Shown here: one piece after another, positions 39,891 to 53,436 of the stretch
How the letters are laid out: the number at the start of each line of letters is the position of its first letter
Position numbering within the stretch: position 1 is the first letter of the stretch
Notes under the pieces: model-generated
The model's input: the letters and a program-made list of their open reading frames with translations, nothing else
Database searches by the model: none
Told to the model about the DNA's origin: nothing
Program-made: the position numbers and the translations under genes
From: the human T2T-CHM13v2.0 reference genome, Homo sapiens
Strand: one strand, 5' to 3'
Assembly (NCBI RefSeq): GCF_009914755.1
Contig: NC_060938.1
DNA: 64,000 bases

Positions 39891-41199
39891 AGCAAAGGCC
39901 GCCTCTGGGCATGTTGTCCCAGCCAGGAGCAGGTGGCTGCACAGAGCAAGGGCCTGTAGGGTGAGCCTTGGGGCTGCCTTCCAAGGAAAGAGTCATCACA
40001 GACCCCTCCTCCTGTGCTGCGGGGGAACTGAGGCCCCTGGTCCCTCAGCCCAGCGCAGGCTGCCATCACTATCCCCGAACTCGAGAGCAGGGGCAGAGGA
40101 CCCTCAGCCATCTTCCTGTCCCATAGAAGAACTCCCAGTGGGAAACCCCACCCCCAGCAGAGGAAACAGCCCTCAGGACACCAACACCCCCACGGCTGCC
40201 AGATGCTCTGGGGAGGCCGCACCAACTCACACGGCCTAACAGCCCTGCCGAGGGATCCCAGGTGTTTGGGGACGGACTGCACACCCACCCTGATCCAGGG
40301 CTGTGACTGTGAAGAGGAGCTCCGGCCCTTCCCCAGAACACAGCCTGCCTCCTGGCACAACAAAGAAAGCCGGGTGTGGGCATGGCCCACTGCACAACCC
40401 CACCCCCAAAGCCAGGGCTGAGCCGGCCAGCCCACAAGCCCTCAAGGGGCACAGGCGTGTGCTGCCTCCCTGAGCACCGAGCACCAGGGCCAATGGCCAG
40501 GCCCCCGAGGCTAGGAGCCCCTCCCCAGAACTGTCTGCAGCCCTCTTGCCTGTGGGGACCCCTGACCCATGTGAGGCTGTGTGTGGGGGAGGAGGGGGCC
40601 CTGGTGCCCCCAGAGTGGAGTCAGCCCATGCATGAGGATGCCACTGGGGAGCCACGTGGCCCCACTGGGCTGGGATTCCCCCGGGTGTCCCGAGGCCACC
40701 GCACACTGCAGGGCCCATGAGTTTGCAGTTTGTCCCAGTAAAAAAGCTGCCCTGAGCCCAGACACCCACGTGGGTCCTTCCTGCCCGAGATTCCGGCCTT
40801 GTTGCTCCTGCCCTTAGGAAATGCGTTGCTGTCTCTGGGTTCCTCTGGGTAGCGAGGCTTCTGGGCCTGAGGGAAGTGTGGGACAGCCCTACAGCACAGG
40901 CCCCCAGTCCCGCCAATCCCCACCCCCGGGGTCAGGCCCTGCCTCCTGCATCCCTCTTCACTGGCCAGTCCTCCATTGCCACCTGGTGGCCATTGCCCCA
41001 CGACAGCCGGGACCGCCAACCTGCCCGACCCGAGCTCCTCCAGGCACCGGTGCCTCCTGGGTGGACACTGGGCAGCTGTCCTGGGCCTGAACTCGCCAGA
41101 CTTTGGCAGAAGGCAGGGTTCAGGGGTCCCCAGCCCCCATCCTAGATGGGGAGGCGCCCCGGTCCGGGCATTGCTGGAACAGCGCCCTTGATCTTGAAA

Positions 41200-41620
41200 A
41201 GGAGCTTCAGTCATCAAAGGGGCTCCATCCCTGGAGGGCAAATGGCAATAAAAAGACACAAACAGGCGGCGTTAGAGTGGCCCGGGGGAGGCGCTTCCTG
41301 ATTGCGAATCCAATTCTCATTCCTGAAGGTCTTTAAAACCCTTCCTGAGCCATGTGATTGTCTCAAAAGAGCTGTTATTACTCTTATAAAAAAAAACTTA
41401 TAAAAAAATTCTAATCAACATTGGTCTTAAACCGCAACGTCTCAGCACCCAGCACTGCCTCCGCAGCTTCGTGGGGCTGGCGGGAGGGACATTTACGAGC
41501 CATTTCACGCCCCGCGGCTGCCCATCAACCATGGGGCTTTTGTCACCCACCATAGCGATAGCAATGGTTTTGTAACTCAAAAGTTATTTATTAATATCGG
41601 TATCTTCCACGTGAGTGTCT
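41200..41620. promoter_or_regulatory. Candidate developmental enhancer (largest AT-rich island)
   Basis: ATCAAAGG at 41213, GCAATAAAA at 41245, CTTATAAAA twice, TTTACGAG at 41492, TATTTATTAATA, and CACGTG at ~41608. CpGs are retained. Confidence 0.5.
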
Positions 41621-44600
41621 CTGGCAGCCAGGGTGGCGCTGAAAGGTTGGGGGTCCTGTCGTGGGCATACATGGTGGTCCCCAGCCCGCCAGACCCGAGA
41701 AGCCTCCAAGACGTCACTGCTTTCCGCTGTCTCAACAATGCATGGCGCCTGTCTCACCAGCACCGTGGGAAGCCAGGCTGACCTGCCGGCAGGATGGGGC
41801 ATCTGAGGTCCCAGGCAGCTGCTTTCAAGGCCACCATCCAGCCCTGCACAGGGCAGCAATGCCTTTGGCCAGGGCCACATCCAGGCATGCACAGAGCTGG
41901 AGCACACCGGCCCCGGGCCCGCAGCACCACCACCCTGTGGACCTTATCAGGTCAGCCTCTCAGGGGCGAGTCTCCCCACCTGGTGCTCCAGGATTAGCAC
42001 CGTCTCAAAGTCAGGTTGGAGTCACTCTCGGCCACGCACCATGAGTGACCCGAGCACCCCTCATCTTCAGAGCCCAGAGGGAGCAGTCCACGGGCTCGGG
42101 GAGAGCCTTTGCGGACAGAGCACCCAGTGCCCCACAGCTCCTTAGTCATCATCTGGGGGAGTCAACTCCTCACGAGCTGGGGGCCTCCAGCGGGAGGCTG
42201 CCGAGCCAGCTCTGGGCCCCAGGGCTTCCAAGGAGCCTGTCCCCAGGAGGAGCGTGTGAGCTGCGGGAAGCAGGCAGTTTTGTCACCATGAGTGTGCAAG
42301 CTGTGGGGGGCCTGGCCCCTCCGTGCTCCTCCCCGGACCCATCTCCAAGGCAGCTTGCCTTTCCCCATTCCCTCCAGTTGCAGGTTCTGGCCAGTGTCCC
42401 CATGGAGGTCACACTGGCTGTTGGCTCCTGAACCACCTCCAGCTTTGGCCTAAGGGCAAGAGCCCAGCCCCGAGGACAAGGACAAGCGCCAGGGCCCTGG
42501 AGACAGAACCAGCAGGGCAGTCAGTGCTCAGCCCCTCGGGGCCCTCAGGCCTCCACTGCAGCAGCGGCTGCACCCTCTCCTTCCCCAGAGAGGGGCCAAG
42601 ATGCGATTTGCTGTCCCCCCCACCGCACTGAGAAAGGGGGGGCCCAGGCAGGCACCCCCACCCCACCCAGACACATGTCCCAGCCCACGTGGGTTCCCTG
42701 GCTGGCTGGCTCACAACTTCAGAGCACCCCCACCCTCTGCTCTAGGCACCTCCGACCACCCACAGGGGTCTGTGCGAAAGTAACGGTGGGGCTCCAGCCA
42801 GCTCCTGCCCAGGGTCCTGTCCCTGCCACCGCCTGACCTTTCTGTTCAGCCTCCACCCGGCCCACCCTCAGGCTGGAGGGCACCATGAAGGGGAAGACAG
42901 ATGGCAGATGCTCACCCCATGGGCAGAGCCATCTCAGCCTGAGGGCAGCATCCTTGCTGGGCAGAGCTCCCTCTCACAGCCACCCCAGCCTCCTGTCCTC
43001 CGCACACATTTGACTCCCTGATGGGGCTCTGCCCTGGCACACTCAGGCTCCCAGGCAGCAGAGCTGGGCAGGATGGATGAGACCAGAAGACAATGTGAAG
43101 TCCCTGCTCAACCCGGGGCTGCCGGGGACCGCAGGGTTAGTGCATACTCAATGGAGGCAAGCCTGAGGCTCTCTGGGAAGGAGAGAAGGGGATGCACTTA
43201 ACACAGGCTCTTTCTAGGGGTGATTCCCGAGCTTCCCAGAGTGCCCCCTGGATGTCAGTTACACGCCCGAGTGGGCTGGAAGGACGGCCTTGCCGGGGTC
43301 CAGGGCTCCTGGCCACGCGGCCTTTTCAGTTTGCTGTCTCGGCTCTGCAGAGGCCACAGCTTATCTGTGACAGACAGACCCACCTCCCTGCCTTGGAGAC
43401 TGCTCCCCAGGGCTTTCTTGCACCCCCATGCCATTTGACTGACCCTGTCAGGAGGGTCTCTGACTCACCACCGGTGTACAAGGTGTGAGCGAGCAGGTGC
43501 TCAGACAGTCACAGGTACGGGCTCTGCAGGTGAGCACTGACCAGGTGGCTCGGGGCTCTGGAGACTCTGAATGGAGAGAACCCCAACTTCTCTCCCTTTG
43601 AATTGTGTGAACGTGAGCTGAACTCGCTGACCACAGCAGAGAGAAAATTTGTCAAAAATGCCCACCTGTGAGACCCAGGTCTTGCCTCGGGCTTTGGAGA
43701 GGCCGGTTTGTGGTTTAAGGACAAGCCGGGGGCAGGGTTCCCCAGGAGTGACCAGTCACTGGAGGCTCGGGCGGCGCAAAAGTCAGAAAGGGCAGAGGAC
43801 AATCTGGGGGTGACTCCTGGCCCGCCTGACTCGTGAGGGCCTTGGTTTCTCCTGTGCTTGTTGAGGTCTGTGTGGGGGATGGTAGGGAAGCCCCTCGGAA
43901 GCGGAGGACCCGGGGCTGGCAGAAGTAATGACAGAGGGAATAGATTGCACCTCACCAGCCTGCCCGCACCCGGCTTCCTTGCCTCCACCCACACTGCAAG
44001 ATGGGGCCCACGGGAAGGCATTTGCGCATACAACCCCTCAGCACCGCAAACACTGCCACCCCGGTCCTGGGAGCCAGGGCTGCCCTGGCCTGGGGGTACA
44101 GATGGGCAGGGGCACACCTGAGACCCATCAAGCAAGACTTGCCAAAGAAGGAGGCTCAGGAGCGAGGTGGGGCAAAAGCTGGCACAGGAGGCCCAGGCCC
44201 GCAAGCACCTAAGGAGGCCCCTGGGGTAGGAAGGGCCGGAGGTGGGAGTGCGTATGGCACCCAGCCTAGGACGGGAGGAGCCACAGCCGGCTGTGCAGCA
44301 GGGAGGGGCCCTCCGGGGCCTGAGGTGGGAACCAGGAGAGGCCAGCACTTCTAGACAGCAGCTCAGTCGCTCGCTCCACCTCTCAGAGTTCCGTTTCCAA
44401 TATTCTCCCCCCATTGTCTGGAATCCAAATATTCCCACTTTTAAAAGCAGCTTCCAGATAGTGGTGTGCAGGAGGCCGAGCAACACCGTCTTTGAGGAGG
44501 CAGCCGAGATGAAGATAAGACCAGAGAAATCCATCACGCCGGCTTTTAGAGCCACGCACCCTCTCTGGACCCTGCCGGGATTAAAATGCACAGTCCTCTG

Positions 44601-44980
44601 TTGTGGGGGCCCATGAGGCCGGCGCTCCTCAGCCACAGAAATGGAACTGTAACTCAGCCCAGAAGCAGGGAGATCGCCTCCCAGATAAACACCCAGCAGC
44701 TCTAGAGTGCTGGCGGCCCTGGGCATCCTCCCCACTCCCAGCCCCAGGGCAGCCTGGGGAGCAGGGGTTCTGGAGGACCCCGGCCCCCTACACGGGCCCC
44801 CCACTCCCTAACGCTTGCTTGGGTCCAGTGGGGGCGGGAGGCTAGACAATGAACTGAGGTGCCCCCTGAGGGGCACCTGCTGCAGCTCGGGGACCCCAGG
44901 GACAGGGCCAAATGGCCATGACATGTCTCAAAGGCCTTTGCCAAGCCTGGCATCCTCGTCCATAAAAGGACAGGGCACGC

Positions 44981-45590
<610 letters not shown>

Positions 45591-46179
45591 GCTGCTGCCG
45601 TGGTCCACGTGGGAGGTCACGTGCATCCCCGCAGTGGTGCTGGGTGGGCCCTGCACCTTCAGGGCCTCCCTGGTGCACCCCGGGGTCTGTGAGGCCAGCT
45701 CGCTGCCTTTCCAGCTCATCCACCCCATTTCTCTGCTCCAGCCCTTCCCCAGGGCTCCTGCACTCAGCCCCTCCAACCCCAGCTTGGCGAGCTGCCCCTT
45801 CTGTCCTGCTCCCACTGCCACCCCCAGCACCAGCCCCTCCCAGCGCCCCTGAGCCCTATGGGACTCCTGCCCTGCCCCTAGCCACACCTCAGCCGCAGGC
45901 CCTGCCTGGACATCACTCACGGTTGGTTCTGGGGCCACGGCGCACTGGACACAGGGTTCAAGTGTGCTACATGAATAGTGACAGGATCTGTGCAGCAAAG
46001 GGGGGTCCCTGCGTCCCCAGAAAGCCCCTCCTGCCCTCAGCCTCCCCAATACCTTCAGCAGGAAGGTGTGTGCAGGGTCTCTGGAGGCTGCCACCCTCCC
46101 ATCCACAGCAGCGGTCCTGCCTCGGGGCGGCCAGAGCCAGCACGGGGAAGCTGACGCGTCACAGGGCGGCTTCCAAACA

Positions 46180-46510
46180 GGATCATAGCGAGAACGCCGC
46201 ATAAAAGCTCTAAATAAACCCCAAAAAGGAAAATGGGACTGTTTTACCACTGAATCAATTCACCTCTAATTTTAATGCTCTGAAAAGTATTTTCTCTTAA
46301 TGACTCCATTATTTTATCATATGGTGAGCAATAAACTCCCTCCCCACATTTGCCAGACAGCCTCAGCCTCTCCGGTGTCTGCCAGGCAGGGAATCCTTTA
46401 TAGGCGGCTCTGCACACACACAGCACTTGGCTTTCGTTTAGTGGTGATTTTATAGAAGATTCCCCCATTTCGTGTAATATAAAGCCTAGAACTTAATTAG
46501 CCTCCGTCAG
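46180..46510. promoter_or_regulatory. AT-rich candidate enhancer
   Basis: GCATAAAA, AATCAAT at 46253, GCAATAAA at 46328, CArG CCTTTATAGG at 46395-46404, TGATTTTATAG at 46445 and TTAATTAG at 46493. Confidence 0.5.
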
Positions 46511-49500
46511 CTCCTCGGGCTGCTATGGAGTGGGTGTGTTCATGCACCCGCAGACCACACACCATGACAAAGTCGCCGACCGTCTCAAGGCAGCATCCCT
46601 GTGGCTGGCATGGGCAGCATGCCCCAAACATGAAGCACTCAGGACCCCAGAGGGCTCCTGGCCTCCCACCTGGCAAGTGGGTGCAGGTTATTAATCCCCA
46701 GCTCCCTGATGGCTCTCCCACCGGGACACACACATCCCTCACAAGCAAACGTGATTCCCAGCAGGGAGCTGGCGGTCTCGGGAATGACCTCCATGTGGGC
46801 TCCTGGGGAAGCCCAGGCGACTGTGCAAACCCTGCTGGCGAGGGTGCCGCCCTCCACGGTTTTCCAGGCCCCAGGGTGGGCACATGTGCCGGCTCACGGT
46901 GGGTCTGCTCCAACTCCAGTGGGAAGAAGAGATGCCGAGGATGCAGCAGCACCATACGTGGGAATGGGGACAGCTGCGGGGGGCTGGGAGCACAAGTGAG
47001 GGACAGAGCCAGGGCAGGTGAGGCCAGACGACGGACATGGTGAGCAGGGTCGGACACAGTTCCTCCTACAAGAGCCTGCTTGTGCCCTTTGATCTCCAAC
47101 ATCTCTCCTGGGTGCTCCACATCGAGGCGCCCCCACGGCACATCTGACCCCTCCTCCAGTAAACCTAAATTAGTTCCTTATTGTGCAACCTGGACAACTG
47201 TACATGGCCAACATTCAGGGGTCCCAACAAACTGCCTTGTAAATTGGAGGCCAGAGCCTGGCTTCCCTGTGTGGTGCCAGGCAAGGCACTGCAGCTTACA
47301 CATGACACACACACGGCACACATGCAGCACACACGCAGCACACACGCAGCACACACATGCCCCTGCTGCTCCCGCCTGACGCCGGCCACTTACTCACACG
47401 CCTTCTCCCCCAGACAGAAGAGCAAAGGAGGTGGGAGGGTAAGGGGGAGACTTGAGTAACCTCACAGTACCCTAGATGCTAGGAGAACAGGTACCCGTGG
47501 GCCAGGCGCGTGTGCACACCTGCCTGGGCATGACACAGCTATGGGGTGTGTACGCAGGGCTCACATGTGGGGCCCAGAAACCTCCCTGCGTACTCAGATA
47601 CCTCGTTCAATATCTGTAGCATGAGGGGCACTCCTGCAGGGGTCTGGAGCAATTCTTGGCCTAAGTGGCTATTTGCAGACTCCCCTCTCCCCACAGGCCC
47701 GGAGGAGTCGCAGAGTGGCTTTGTAACAGTGCGTTCTCCCTGCGTTTACCCCAGTGGGTTCTACAGGCTGGGCCTTGTCAAAGTGACGGGCAGGCGCTGG
47801 GCACTGGTGACAAAGGCAGTGGCAGCACTTGGCCACACTCAGCCTCTGGGGGCCCCGGACGTGCATACATCGCGGTCCTCCCCTTATGAGCGAGGAGACA
47901 CCATGGCTGCTTGCACCTCGCGTGCCGGGGAACTGGGAGAGTGGGGCTCACGTGTGCATCTGCCCACCTCTGCTGAAGCCTGGGGCCACACAAAGCCTCT
48001 TGGGGTCAGAGCTTGCTGGGGCCCCGTGGGGGACGTGAGACAGAGAGAGAAGGTGTGTGTGTGCACACGTGTGAGACTCGGTGTGCCTGGTTGTGCACGT
48101 GACTGCGTGCATATGAAACACAGACAGGCGTCGGTCCAGCGGAATTTCTGTGGCACACTTGAGCTGCGTGTAGCCCCCTGCTTCTGACTGTACAAAGACC
48201 TCACGCTCTCATCCGAGACCGGAAAGCTGTGGACGGGGTTGGTGGCTCCTCTCGGAGCTAAGCTCCACCTCCCACTCCTCAGTCTGACCCTGGCCTCCCT
48301 CCCCAGCCCTCCCCAGCCCTCCCTCTCTCGGTTTTTTTTTTTTTTTCCTTATCCCCACACTCCTCTCCTGCAGCCCTGGCTTCAGGCCCCTCCCCAGCAG
48401 AGGCTGCAGCAGCCCCGGTGCAGTGGTGGGATGGGCCTGGCCGGACTTTCCAGTGCCCACTGTCCTATGCCCCCTGCCTGGCACCCCAGCCTGGCCCCTC
48501 GTGCCCACCCAGTGCTGGGTAGAGAGGCCCCGTCGTGAGCCCATCACTGCTGCCGCCAGAGGCTACTCAGGCCCAGCTCCTCAGAGGGTTTTTCTCGGGC
48601 CCTCTTTTAGTGACCTTCTCTGAACTTCTTGTGGCTGGCTTCATCGTGGGATTGCAGAAAGACCCGAGAGCCCCAGGGAAGGTGGCATTAAATCGCAAGC
48701 AATGGCACTTCTGGCACATCCAATCGATTTTGTCGTTCGTAAGAAATGGAAACAGGATGTGGCAAGGAAAAGGCAGTTTCAGGAACAAGGCTTCTCCCCT
48801 CGGGCTCTGGAAAGGGCAGGGAAAGGCTCTGTTGGCCCATGCAGCGGCCCCTGGAGTCCAGGCCCAAGATCCCAACCCCCGGCCACAGGACACGGTCAGC
48901 AGGTCCCTGCCTGGCTGCCCCACCTCTGGGAGCCCTCCTGCCACCCCGGCTGGCCTCCTGCGGGCTCTGAGCAAGGTCAGGCCCTGGGAACGAGGGAGGG
49001 GCCGCTCCTGAGTCCCCGAAGCCCTGGGCTGAGTGGGCCCCACCAAGCCTCCTTGGCCCTGCCCAGCTTCCTCCACTCAGAGCTGCTGGTGCATGTGCCC
49101 CAGAACGGGGCAAGGGGGAGGCAGGCACTGCCCCGCAGAGGAGTCTCACCCATCCCTTCCCTCTGTGTCCCAAGACAGGGCCTTGGCTGCTGCCCAGGGT
49201 GTCTTGCAGCAGCCCCTCCCCCAGCCAGCCTGTCCCTCAATGCTCTCCAGCAGGCACAGGACCAGAGAGCCACAAGCTGTGTGCCCACCCTGCACACCCA
49301 CCCACAGCCCTCCCCCCATACCTCCTGGTCCTCGAGCCTATGCTTCCCACAGGCTCCTACCTGGTCATCCAGGCCAGCTGCCATGGCCCAGGAGCCTGCA
49401 TCCATCCTTCCCTCAGCCACAGTGACACCCAAGGCGGTGCTCACAGCTCATCCCTGCCCTCAGGGCCACCCGAGGGGTCACCAGTGCCACAGCCAGTCAT

Positions 49501-51092
49501 GTTATGTTGCACTGACTTCCCCAGCCAAATGCCTGGGGACCGGGGCTAGAGTTTTTCCTCCATTGTCCATTAATCATGGCTACCATTGTTGCATGGGTTC
49601 CTGGAGGTCTGGACCACCTGCCATGTGACGTACTAAGCATGACGTCACGAATGTAGCTGATCAGCATCATTTTCCGCAGACCAGGAGTGTCCCAGAGCAC
49701 TGGATTGCAAGAGTAGCAAGAAAGTGCCAGTGGCTGGAGCACTGCTGTCTCTCACAGGCAGCTGGGTGGGCCCCTCTCTACTGAGGTGGTTGAGAAGGAC
49801 ACACTTGCTAGACACACCGCACACACCCAGGGCCAGAGGATGTGGTGACTCGGTTCAGTCGAGGTATCGCATCCGGCGGCGCATTTTCCATGTGGGCTGA
49901 CTCTGCGTTGGGTTGGGTTCATCCATCACCATCGGCCATGATGCTGCTGGTTTTTGTGGACCATATGGGTGAACAGAGTGGGAACAGTGGGGACAGTGGG
50001 ACTGACCATCCCTGTATCTTTTGAGTCTTTGGGGATGGTCCTAATTTCTGCAGATGCTCAGGATGTGTGGAATGACTCTCTTGGCCAGGGTCTTAGAAGC
50101 TTCCACTTGTTCGTTTGGGTTTTTTTCCTGCCAAAATGGCTCATAATCATTAGGTCAAGGAACCAATGGGCAGGCTCTGCCAACTGCAGAGTACAGGCAG
50201 CCCCTTCCCTTAGGCACGAGAGGCTGAGGGTCCCAGGGTCACTGCAGGGCGGGCTTGCCTCCAGGTCTCCGGGAGCCCTTACTCTACCCACAGCGGGGTT
50301 CTGGGTCCCCTGATATCACTGCCAGCTCAGAGCCCGTACCCACAGCTCTCAAAAGATCAGGAGAGTCTCCTGCCCAGCACATAGTTTCTGTGGGCCCTGG
50401 ACACTGACTTCTGCCCTTTCAGGCCAGCTGCTCCTGACACGGTGGAAAGATCAGGAGAAGCTGCCCTCCCCAGTGGGCCGGAGGGCTCCAGGCGGCAACA
50501 GGGAGGGCAGCACCAGTGACGGGCACACCTGGGCTGAGGGAACTTTGGGCACCCAGGCTCTGGGCCACTCAGCCACTGCCAGGTGGGCACCCGCGTGAAC
50601 CAGAACTGTGTGCCTGCCCGGCCAGCCCAACCTTGCCGCTTTCACAAGGAGGCACACAGTAGCCCCTCAGAACCTGCCACGGCCCTGCAAGGAGAGGATT
50701 CCCCTGGGGCAGGAGGTAGTAGCTCTCGGCCAGGCACTGACTGCCCAAGGTGGCAGGCCCAGGACAGGGTGTGGGTGGGGCCCTCCCTCCCCCGGTTCTG
50801 GTGCCAAGCTCTTCCCAGTGTCCTGTGCCTGTGCCCCATGTCCCAGCAGCTGTGTGCAGGGGAGTCATGACCAAGGGCGGCACCCAGTCCCCTGGATCTG
50901 AGCCCACTCCGTAAGCTGCCGCCTCACAGCCCGGCAAGGAGCTTCCCCCTACAGAGCCCCTGTCCTTATCTGCCAATGAGGCCAGGCCTGGGGCTCAGGA
51001 GGCGGTGGGGAGGGAAGAGGAGCTAAGCCCTGTGAGGAGCTAAGCCGTTGCACACAAGTATGCATTCTGCCCATCTAGCGCTTGGAGAGCAT

Positions 51093-51748
51093 GGTTAATG
51101 GAAAGACCCAACTCCGTAGAACACGGAGCTTTCTTCTGAGCCAATATGAGTGACCGCGGCCCAGGAAAAAGTGCACACACCCAGGGAGCCCTGAGTGGGG
51201 GGTCCTGAGGCAGCCAGACACCAGCTCTGCTTCCCACCCACCTTAGTGTGACGGAATTGCAGGCAGTCATAGTTCAAGGAGCTTCTACATCGGTTCAGCC
51301 CAGAAAGGCAGGGTGTCTTGAAGCAGGGGGCTGACAGGTCGTCAGCGGGGCCAGAGATTATTTCATTTGCAATTAGTTAAAGAAGTAAAGCTTTGTCTAT
51401 AAATGTGCAGTCATCAGAAAGGAATGTTTTCGGTGAAGATTAAGAAGTCTTTTAACCGATACACCAGGTCACAGTGGCGTGTGGGGTGCATGACTTGACC
51501 CTGGGCTGGCGGCCTTCGGTCCTGTTTATAATTCGAGTCTTAGGGTCACAGTCCTCTGATCACTAGGTTAACGTCACTACTGGTCAGCCCTGCCTGAACT
51601 CCCGCAGGGAAGGGGGAGAGCGAGGCACGTCTGCCCTCCTGTCCCATCATGACTGGGAACTCAGTTGTTCCGGTTTCTCTGGAGTCCCTTTGGCCAAGAG
51701 GAGCCTGTTCAGTCGGTTGGGGCCTTAGGGTTTTATTTTTATTTTACA
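51093..51748 (-). mobile_element. MER4D-like ERV1 solo LTR
   Basis: GTTAATGGAAAGACCCAACTCCGTA...TTCTGAGCCAATATGAGTGACC ... TTGGCCAAGAGG...GTTCAGTCGGTTGGGGCCTTAGGGTTTTATTTTTATTTTACA. TSD-like GCAT (51089-51092) / GCAC (51749-51752). Confidence 0.8.
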
Positions 51749-53436
51749 GCACGTAGCACTTTTGCACACGGACAGCGTGGCCCTCACAGTTCGGCGCACA
51801 TGTCCACAGATGTGTGGCTTGCCTGCGCCACAGAGAATGCACGCTTCTGGTGTGAGAATGAGGCTGTGTGTGACGTGTGAATGCTCGGCCCCGGCCGGCC
51901 GCAGCCAGGTCCCTGCGGTGGGTCCTCAGGCCCGGAGACCAGGGATGGCGCCCACAGTGGGAACCTGGGCTGACCGGCTGCCCCCGGGGCCCACGCCTGC
52001 AGTCGCCCCACTGAAGCCCAGACAGACCCCCACACGGCCTCGCCTCAGAGCCCAGAACCTTCAGCAGGTCAGGCGGGGTGGTGGAAGGATCTCCCGGCCC
52101 CTCCAGCCAGCCCCTAAGATGCTGCTGGAAAAACAGCTGTGGCAGGCAGCTCGGGGGGCCCCGGCTCGGTTATGGCTTATGTACAGCCCCGACAGCCAAC
52201 TGGCTTTCAGGGAGGGACCAACTTCATAGATAAAATTTGTCATCGTATCGATGGCTCCTGTAGAGAAAAAAGGACTTTTACAGCCTCTTGGAGGTCATGA
52301 ATAATAGAGGAGGAGGAAAGGGGCCGCTTTGGTTAGTGTTCCGCGGGGCCCAGAGGCCCCCATTATCTCAGCTGATGGGAGCTGGGGGGGCCCCAGCAGC
52401 CTATGGTTCTCACTCGTGGAAACCAGTGTGGTCATCACCCAGGGCCCCCACCACACTCAGGGCTGGGGGCAGTGCCCATGCGTCCTGTATTCTTAATAAG
52501 GGCTCTGACTTGGCGACGGGGTGACCATACATGGCCCTGTCAAAGGGCCCTGCCTCAGTCTGAGAATGACAAGCTGCAGGCTCCATGGTAGGGGCCTGGA
52601 CCTCCCACTCCGGGCCGTGACCTGGGGCAGGACTCTAGCTGTATCTGCAAGCCGGAAGAGCAGCATCTCTCCAGGCAGCCGTATGTCAGGGGCCAGTGAG
52701 CAGACACAGGGGCCAGAGCGTCACAGGTCACCCCCATATGCCCAGAGTCTGCTCCCCCGTCCTCCCACCTCCCTCCCCACCCGTGGTCTATGGGGCCCTG
52801 AAGAGTCCCCAAAGGCAAAAATCCTCCTTTGCTTGCCTCCAGTGATGGGGAACTCACTACCTTACTGTCGGCTGTTCCTCCCATGGACAGCTCTGCCTGG
52901 TGGGAAGTCCCCCCACCAGCCCCTGTGCAGAGCAGCCTGTGCCTGTGGAGCCCCAGCCCAGGTTCCGGCTCTCACCCAGAGCATGCGTCAGCCCCTCTAA
53001 CCCCAAACCCACACTCCTCCCTCATTTCCCTCATTTCCTCTCCTCTTCTCCTGGACCCCACCCTCAGGCTTCACTCCCACCAACCCCCAGGGTGCCTGGG
53101 CCAAGCCCACCTGTGACCACCACGTGGCAAGTCCTGTGAGGACTTCACTCCTTGTCCCTCCTGACCTAGCACTGGCTCTGAGTGTGCCAGTGGCAAAGAC
53201 CTGCTCATGCGGCCTCCACCGGCCCTGGACTCACCCACCACCGCCACCCCTGCCTGCCCTCTCCCGTAGTCCTCTCCAGGGCCTTCTCACCGTGGTCATG
53301 GTTTATGGGGCCTCTCATGACCCCATCAGCCACCGTCCCCACCCAGCTGGAGACCCTCAACCAAGCCCTCTCAGGGGGTTTCCTGTGGTCATGAAGCAGC
53401 TGACGACCCACTGCAGAGACGAGAGCTACAAAGATG

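Noticed and set aside
39334-40435. 301-aa and 223-aa ORFs
   Set aside because: They include the (GGGA)n microsatellite and the end of a minisatellite, and show no protein-like composition.
43509-44804. 431-aa minus-strand ORF
   Set aside because: Pro/Gly/Arg/Ser-biased with no recognisable domain, and overlapping ORFs exist in other frames. This is expected from stop-codon scarcity in GC-rich DNA.
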